The translations under genes and the position numbers were made by a program. A stretch of 64,000 nt of DNA from an uncultured Acidobacteriota bacterium (GTDB lineage: Bacteria; Acidobacteriota; Vicinamibacteria; Vicinamibacterales; 2-12-FULL-66-21): contig CAWIWL010000013.1 in assembly GCA_963839705.1 (NCBI GenBank), positions 453,950 through 517,949 of the forward strand, in the 5' to 3' direction. Shown piece by piece: positions 58,159-64,000 of this stretch. Position 1 is the stretch's first letter; the number at the start of each line of letters is the position of its first letter. The notes beneath the pieces were generated by a model. The model was not told the DNA's origin. It made no database searches and was given only the letters and a program-made list of their open reading frames with translations.

Positions 58159-59622
58159 TCAGCGACGGGCCGCGGCGTCGTGCGGCTCGCCCCAGTTCCG
58201 CTCTGAGTCTGGCCCGATTGCATGTGCCGCGAGGAAATCGCGAATGGTACCGGCCGCCAACCGCCTGCCAGCCTCATTGTAGTGCGTGTCGCGGGGGAGA
58301 TAGAGATCGCCAGTGTGGGCGTGCGCACGAAAACTCGGCAAGAGATCGAGACACGTCACCCGTCGGGCGGCGCAGTATTCCATTAACACGCGTTGTGGCA
58401 GGTCAAAATCGAAGTCCTGTTCGCGCAATCCAAACGTGGTGATCAGTTCCCGTCGCAGTCCCTCGTCCACCTGCGTCTGGTCTGGATGAATCACGAGCAC
58501 GTAACGGGCGCCGCCGCTTTCAGCAACGCGGCGAATCTCGTCGAGAAGAGGGAACACCGATTGGAGGGAGCGGCGATTGACTTCCCCTCCCCTGCCCCAG
58601 TTGTTCAGCCGAAAGTGCTGCATCGCGAGAAATGTCTTCTTGGAGAAAGTACTGATTCCCGTCTGGTGCTCGCGCTCGATCGCGCGAGTCTCAGCAGAGA
58701 TCCGCCAGACCATTTCGATCCACGCTCGAAGCATGAAGTCGCGCGGCCGGTACCACGCTGCATCCGCAGCCCGATGAGTGCGAACCCCGATAAACCGATA
58801 GATGCGGTCGTCTGACAGTGTGAAGTCGTTTCCAACGAAGAAGCCGTGAACGACCAGATCCGGTGAGTAACGCATCCCGAAGCGAAGAATTCGCAACTGA
58901 TGACTGGGCTCGTGTCCGTCGATTGACAGATTGATGAGCTCAACGTGCCCATCAGCCTGGAGGCGGCGCTCGAGCAAGCGAAAGTAGTTCAATTCCGGCC
59001 CTCCCCAGATACCGAGCGAGTCCGCCAGGCCGATAAATCGGTAGGTGCCCGCAGGCTTCCGCTCTGCAACATGCTGTGGCCCCGGAATCCATCCCATATG
59101 GTCTGGCTTCCGCCTAAGGTCCATGAACTCGCGCTCAGTGGTGGGTGTAGTGGTCTGCGAGAGTAGAACGACCAGACCCTCGCTGGCAATGAAGCCGATA
59201 AGGATGGAAACGCCGGCCATCGCAAGAACAGGAAGATAGGACGAGCCAGTCGGCGACACTGCGAGTTGGCCCAATATGGCGGCGATCAAAACGAGGACAA
59301 CCCACTGGGCCGGCCTCACGATGAGGGAACGAGGCACAAAGAGATCGCACAGAAACACGATACAGAACAGGACGACGGTGAACAACAGGATCGATCGCCA
59401 GTCCCGTCTGTCCGTCAATTGCAGGAAAGAAGAACGACGGGCTCGGATCCAGAGAAGCAGGACGTTCAGACCAAAAAGTGTCCACAGGATCGAGTAATCG
59501 ACGCTGTATCGGCCGAGGACTTCCGCGCTGTCGCTCCTGTGCATCAGGAGCAGCAGAAGCGCCACTGTTCCCAACGCAGCGGCGAGGTAGCGGACACTCG
59601 GAATCGCCTTCAGCAACGACAT
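58159..59622 (-). CDS. Membrane-anchored SGNH/GDSL-type hydrolase-fold protein (possible polysaccharide acyl-modifying enzyme)
   Basis: About five N-terminal TM helices, then GLADSLG (block I-like), FFVGNDF (block III) and RDTHYNEAG (block V DxxH). Start taken at Met47. Confidence 0.6.
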   Translation of the reverse strand: MSLLKAIPSVRYLAAALGTVALLLLLMHRSDSAEVLGRYSVDYSILWTLFGLNVLLLWIRARRSSFLQLTDRRDWRSILLFTVVLFCIVFLCDLFVPRSLIVRPAQWVVLVLIAAILGQLAVSPTGSSYLPVLAMAGVSILIGFIASEGLVVLLSQTTTPTTEREFMDLRRKPDHMGWIPGPQHVAERKPAGTYRFIGLADSLGIWGGPELNYFRLLERRLQADGHVELINLSIDGHEPSHQLRILRFGMRYSPDLVVHGFFVGNDFTLSDDRIYRFIGVRTHRAADAAWYRPRDFMLRAWIEMVWRISAETRAIEREHQTGISTFSKKTFLAMQHFRLNNWGRGGEVNRRSLQSVFPLLDEIRRVAESGGARYVLVIHPDQTQVDEGLRRELITTFGLREQDFDFDLPQRVLMEYCAARRVTCLDLLPSFRAHAHTGDLYLPRDTHYNEAGRRLAAGTIRDFLAAHAIGPDSERNWGEPHDAAARR

Positions 59623-59690
59623 GCCGTTCAAGTGGTAAGTGATGGGCTGTCTGAGGAACCTCTCGAGTTGAGGTGGTGACGCGCTCTCGA

Positions 59691-60770
59691 TCACCCGATC
59701 ACACGAAACTCGCCCGCCACGCCTGTCGCGTGGGGCGCAGGAGATTCGGCGCCAACCCAATGGAAGCGGGCATCGAGCTGCTCGGCGTCGACGAGCCGCT
59801 CGAGTTGTCTGAGGCGCGTGAACGTGGGCGCGTTGAAGGTCTGGGCCGACAATCCGATCCGCTCAAAGATGTGCCTGAGCTCATCCGCGCCCATACTTGC
59901 GGTGCGGCGACACTGGAATCCGGGCAGCGTCGTCGCAATCTTGTCGAAATTGACGCGGTAACTCCTCGTGTCGCCGTTCGGTGGTCCGACCACCAACGCA
60001 CAGCCGGGAAAGGTCCGCGCCACGATTTCCGCAACTTCGATCACGCGATAGTTCTCGTCGTTGTGTCCGACATTGAATATCTGGTTGTGGACGGCTCGGC
60101 GCGGCGCGTCAAGAGTGCTGGCAATCGCTTCGCAGATGTCGAGGATGTGGACAAGCGGGCGCCAGGCACTCCCATCGCTGTTTAGCACGATCCGGCCTTC
60201 AGTCCAAGCACAGCCGGCAAGGTTGTTCAGGACGATGTCGAAGCGCATCGAAGGACTCGGTCCGTAAGCGGTCGCGTTCCGAAGGAACGTGGGGGAGAAA
60301 TCCGCGTCCGCCATCTCGGAGAGACTCCGTTCGACAAGCACCTTGCAGCGTGCGTAGGCGGTCTGGGGATCGACGGCGGACTCCTCCGTTCGAGCCCCGT
60401 CCACGCCTGCTCCATACACGCTGCAGGAGGACGTATACACGAATCGAGATACGCGAGCGGCCTTGCACAGTCGAGCTAGCGCAACCGTGCCGAGGTGATT
60501 AATCTCATAGGTCACGTCCGGTCGAAACTGCCCTGCGGGATCGTTCGACAACTCGGCCAGATGCACGACCGCATCGCAACCGGCCACGTCACTTGCGGTC
60601 ATTCTGCGGATGTCCTTCCTGAGCACCCGTGTGCTGTGGGGGTCCGCGTAGAGCGTCTGATCGCTGTAGTAGCCGGTATCGAGCCCAGTGATGCCGTGGC
60701 CACGCGCCTGGAGCACGTTGACGAGCCTGCGCCCGATATACCCTTCCATGCCGGTAACGAGCACCTGCAT
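59691..60770 (-). CDS. NAD-dependent epimerase/dehydratase (SDR family)
   Basis: VLVTGMEGYIGRRL, SSCSVYG, YARCK (YxxxK). Confidence 0.85.
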   Translation of the reverse strand: MQVLVTGMEGYIGRRLVNVLQARGHGITGLDTGYYSDQTLYADPHSTRVLRKDIRRMTASDVAGCDAVVHLAELSNDPAGQFRPDVTYEINHLGTVALARLCKAARVSRFVYTSSCSVYGAGVDGARTEESAVDPQTAYARCKVLVERSLSEMADADFSPTFLRNATAYGPSPSMRFDIVLNNLAGCAWTEGRIVLNSDGSAWRPLVHILDICEAIASTLDAPRRAVHNQIFNVGHNDENYRVIEVAEIVARTFPGCALVVGPPNGDTRSYRVNFDKIATTLPGFQCRRTASMGADELRHIFERIGLSAQTFNAPTFTRLRQLERLVDAEQLDARFHWVGAESPAPHATGVAGEFRVIG

Positions 60771-60772
60771 CG

Positions 60773-61576
60773 TCAGACCCTGGATTCACAGGCAGTGCGA
60801 TCGCCGCTCCAGACGTTCCACGGCGCTCGGCCCGACGCCCACAGGGCTTCGAGCATCTGCTTTTCTCTCAACGTGTCCATGCACGACCAAAAGCCGTAGT
60901 GGCGGTAGCCCATGAGCTCGCCGTCCCGGACAAGCCTCTCGATCGGCTCGCGCTCCCAGGCCGTACTGTCTGAATCGATGTAGTCGAGGGCTTTCGTGTT
61001 GAGCACGAAATAGCCGCCACTGATCCAGCCTTCGCTGAGTTCTGGCTTTTCGTAGAACTCCCGCACCTGATTCCCCTCGAATCCGATACGTCCGAATCGC
61101 GCGGGGGTGCGAACGGTGGTCACGCTCGCAAGTCTGCCGTGGGAGTGATGGAACTCGAGCAGCTGTCGAATGTCGATGTCGCCAACACCGTCTCCGTACG
61201 TGAGGAAGAACGTCTCGTCGTTGGCGAGCCATTGGCGGAGACGCTTCAGGCGGCCACCGGTCTCAGTCGTGAGCCCGGTATCGACCAGGTGCACTCGCCA
61301 TGCCGGGTGCTGTCCATCGTGGACCGTCGTTTGGCCAGTACCCAGATCGATCGAAAGGTCGTTGTTAATCGCATAAAAGTTCAGGAAGTACTTCTTGATC
61401 ATCTCGCCCTTGTAACCGAGAGCGATGATGAACTCGGTAATCCCATTGGCGGCGTAGATGTTCATGATGTGCCAGAGCATCGGTCGGCCGCCGACTTCGA
61501 CCATTGGTTTCGGTCGAAACGCCGTTTCCTCCGCCAGTCGTGACCCGAGTCCGCCGGCCAGAATGACCACTTTCAT
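60773..61576 (-). CDS. rfbF: Glucose-1-phosphate cytidylyltransferase
   Basis: MKVVILAGGLGSRLAEETAFRPKPMVEVGGRPMLWHIM..GDGVGDIDI..GGYFVL..WSCMDTLREK is typical of RfbF. ATG 61576 follows AGGGGGG. Confidence 0.88.
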   Translation of the reverse strand: MKVVILAGGLGSRLAEETAFRPKPMVEVGGRPMLWHIMNIYAANGITEFIIALGYKGEMIKKYFLNFYAINNDLSIDLGTGQTTVHDGQHPAWRVHLVDTGLTTETGGRLKRLRQWLANDETFFLTYGDGVGDIDIRQLLEFHHSHGRLASVTTVRTPARFGRIGFEGNQVREFYEKPELSEGWISGGYFVLNTKALDYIDSDSTAWEREPIERLVRDGELMGYRHYGFWSCMDTLREKQMLEALWASGRAPWNVWSGDRTACESRV

Positions 61577-62119
61577 ACGAGAGCGTCCCCCCTTTTGGCG
61601 TGCCGCAGCCCCCTCGACCGGACCATGGGCGTCCACGGCCCTTCAGCAAATCGCTGACCATGTTGTCGAGCGAGGTCACCTCCCAAATACGCTGGAAAGG
61701 GGAACTGATCCGTCGAGCGCTTTTTCCATGCTGTGGCGCCCGCTCCACAAAGTCACACTTTCGACGAGACTAAATGGCAAACTCCTGGGCCCACGGTAAA
61801 GACGCGTGGCCAGGCGCGTTTCCACGCGAGCCCCTAACCTCATCAATTGGACGGGCCGACGCCGGACCAAGCTCTTCAGTAGTTCAAGACTCCAGCCCGG
61901 CCGACGCAATGCTTCATGAGGAGTCTTGCATTCCGCTGGCGGGGAGTGATTCCACCGGCAACGAGAACCGCGAGATTCTCCGGTCGTGCAAGGGTGGCAC
62001 GAGATTGGCTCAGGGATACTTGACGTTGCCCGCTGGACCGCCACCTCGAAGCACGGCCGGAGCGTGCGAAGGGTCAACCGGCCAGTGCGGTCTACATCCA
62101 CGTATACGGAGGATATTCG

Positions 62120-63397
62120 GTGAGCCAAGCGGCGGTGACATTCGACTGCGTGTGGAAGAGGTTTCGCCGGGGCGAGCGTCACGACAGCCTGCGAGACCTC
62201 GTGCCGGCTCTGGCCAGGCGTGTCTTCCGACGTGGCGTCCGATCAGAACTCGCCGACGAGGAATTCTGGGCGGTTCGCGACGTCTCCTTCCACGTCGGCG
62301 CCGGCGAGGCCTTCGGGATAATCGGCCCCAACGGCGCTGGTAAGTCAACCATCCTGAAGCTGCTCACGAAGATCCTCAAGCCAACCCGCGGCCAGTGCCC
62401 GGTCCGCGGCCGGGTCGCGGCCTTGATTGAAGTGGCGGCCGGGTTTCACCCCGATCTCACCGGGCGTGAGAACGTCTATCTTCAGGGCGCGGTGATGGGT
62501 ATGAAACGCGATGAGATTGCGCGGAGGCTTGACGAGATCGTTGATTTCGCCGAAGTGGACGAATTCATCGATACGCCCGTCAAGCGATACAGTTCGGGGA
62601 TGAACGCACGACTCGGATTCTCGATCGCCGCGCATCTGGACCCCGACGTGCTGATCATCGACGAAGTGCTCTCGGTCGGCGATCAGGGGTTTCAGCAAAA
62701 ATGCCAGGCGCGGATGGAGCACTTCCGAGATCGAGGCGTGGCCATCGTATTTGTCTCGCATCAACTGCCTGCCGTTCTGCAGTTGTGCCGTAATGCGCTG
62801 CTGCTGGATCACGGCCGCACTGCGGCGGTTGGCTCGAGCGCCGAAGTCGTCGCTCACTATTGCGCACAGTCCGTCGCGCACGGCGACGGCGCCGCGGCTT
62901 CAGTGATTGCCCGGGTGAGGGGCGGCGACGAGAATGGCGCCCCCGACGGAGTATTGCCGCTCACACCCGGCGCAAGAGTCAGAGTGGATGTCGAGGTGCA
63001 GTTCCGTGCCCACGTGGCCGCCGCGGTAGTGGGCCTCGTCGTTTGGGAGTCGGCCGGGAACCTCGCTGTCTATGCCTCGAGCTCAGACCGGCTCGGTATT
63101 CGACCATTTCGAGCCAAACCTGGCGACTCCGTGTCATTGGAATTCTCGTTCATCGCCAATCTCACCCGCGGGCTCTATGCCATCGAGGTGGACGTGTTCG
63201 ACTTGCAACGCCAGACGCAACTGGCGGTGATGAGGCGCAAGCCGTTCAGCATCACCGAAGGGATCTCTCAATTCGGTCTGGCGAATCTCTATCCTTCGTG
63301 TCGCGAGGTCGGCGGTGGCGTGGACGGTTCCGACCTGGACAACGCCCGAACCGCACGCGTAGATGAGGTCGCCGCTGTCGCTCGGTTTGAACGGTGA
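62120..63397 (+). CDS. Polysaccharide/O-antigen ABC exporter ATP-binding protein (Wzt/TagH-like) with a C-terminal beta-sandwich extension
   Basis: Walker A GPNGAGKST, signature YSSGMNARL, Walker B LIIDE, plus a roughly 170-aa C-terminal domain. GTG start follows ACGGAGGA. Confidence 0.85.
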   Translation: MSQAAVTFDCVWKRFRRGERHDSLRDLVPALARRVFRRGVRSELADEEFWAVRDVSFHVGAGEAFGIIGPNGAGKSTILKLLTKILKPTRGQCPVRGRVAALIEVAAGFHPDLTGRENVYLQGAVMGMKRDEIARRLDEIVDFAEVDEFIDTPVKRYSSGMNARLGFSIAAHLDPDVLIIDEVLSVGDQGFQQKCQARMEHFRDRGVAIVFVSHQLPAVLQLCRNALLLDHGRTAAVGSSAEVVAHYCAQSVAHGDGAAASVIARVRGGDENGAPDGVLPLTPGARVRVDVEVQFRAHVAAAVVGLVVWESAGNLAVYASSSDRLGIRPFRAKPGDSVSLEFSFIANLTRGLYAIEVDVFDLQRQTQLAVMRRKPFSITEGISQFGLANLYPSCREVGGGVDGSDLDNARTARVDEVAAVARFER

Positions 63398-64000
63398 TGG
63401 AATCAAGATTTGCCCGCTTACGGCGCCACGTGTCGGAGATGATGCTCGAGCAGGTGGAGTACCGCGAGCTGCTGTGGCAGATGACTGTTCGGGATCTCCT
63501 TCTTCGTTACAAGCAAACAGTCATGGGATACGGCTGGGCGATCTTCACGCCAGTGGTCAATACCGTGATTTTCACGGTCATCTTCACGCGAGTGGCGCCA
63601 ATCGCGACGGAAGGACCGTACCCACTTTACGCCTACTGCGGCTTGCTGCCGTGGAGCTTTTTTGCCTCCTCACTGAAGTTTGCCGCGAGCTCGCTGACCG
63701 CGAACACCAATCTCGTGACGAAAGTGTACTTCCCGCGGGAGAGCCTCGCGTTCTCCGCGGTGCTGGTGTCGTTTGTCGACTTCCTCGTCGCCTCGACCGT
63801 GCTCGTCGGCATGATGATCTACTTTCAGGTTGACGTTTCTGCCTCCGTTCTGTTCCTGCCGATTCTGCTCCTGATCCAGATTGCGTTCACGGCCGGGCTC
63901 GCGCTCATCTTGGCGATGGCCAATCTGTACTACAGAGATGTGAAGTATATTTTTGAAATCGTGGTGACGTTCTGGATGTTCGCAACTCCGGTCCTCTATC
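63397..64000 (+). CDS. ABC-2 type polysaccharide exporter permease (Wzm-like), 3'-partial at the window edge
   Basis: This gene is not in the ORF track because it runs off the end. My translation from ATG 63397 reads MESRFARLRRHVSEMMLEQVEYRELLWQMTVRDLLLRYKQTVMGYGWAIFTPVVNT..YCGLLPWSFF..VTKVYFPRE... The TGATG start overlaps the wzt stop. Confidence 0.8.
   Translation, partial: MESRFARLRRHVSEMMLEQVEYRELLWQMTVRDLLLRYKQTVMGYGWAIFTPVVNTVIFTVIFTRVAPIATEGPYPLYAYCGLLPWSFFASSLKFAASSLTANTNLVTKVYFPRESLAFSAVLVSFVDFLVASTVLVGMMIYFQVDVSASVLFLPILLLIQIAFTAGLALILAMANLYYRDVKYIFEIVVTFWMFATPVLY

Noticed and set aside
61676-62343. ORFs 61676..62182(-) and 61774..62343(+) in the long divergent gap
   Set aside because: Both read as low-complexity Arg/Pro/Ser-rich sequence, overlap each other, and the plus one overlaps the well-supported wzt start. 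They are better treated as non-coding.

Overview
High-GC bacterial chromosomal window, roughly two-thirds G+C by eye. The gene content looks acidobacterial. There are three MacB/FtsX-type 'ADOP' duplicated permeases, one translationally overlapped by a PadR regulator. There is also a TonB-dependent receptor with a carboxypeptidase-regulatory N-domain and a VWA protein of the acidobacterial type. I can support about 50 protein genes. I saw no rRNA, tRNA or CRISPR array. Housekeeping and metabolic genes include argG, arfB, an Lhr-type helicase, a DEAD-box helicase, PLP enzymes, peptidases, a PQQ sugar dehydrogenase and an NPP phosphodiesterase.

Five things stand out.

(1) Seven well-recognisable genes left of 45 kb are interrupted by single-nucleotide frame breaks, mostly at short homopolymers. 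This means either uncorrected assembly indels or real pseudogenes.

(2) Intergenic regions carry several families of structured repeats:
- a CGTAG + hairpin REP family with compensatory stem substitutions;
- a longer GC-rich palindromic family, once nested inside a REP hairpin;
- inverted arrays of degenerate heptamers;
- a 26-bp x3 tandem array carrying a perfect 12-bp palindrome between two divergent permease genes.

(3) The right quarter, from about 49.4 kb to the end, is visibly lower in GC. It contains a tyrosinase followed by a large HEAT-repeat/SCO1-SenC-like fusion protein and an MDR quinone-reductase-like gene.

(4) Next comes a gene remnant and an IS91-family element carrying a tyrosine recombinase plus an HUH-Y2 transposase.

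(5) The window ends with an ABC-transporter-dependent polysaccharide locus (rfbF, epimerase, SGNH protein, FAD oxidoreductase, wzt-wzm).

The tyrosinase plus SCO-like fusion pair is my best candidate for an undescribed functional module. All calls come from reading translations and motifs by eye; no database search was run.
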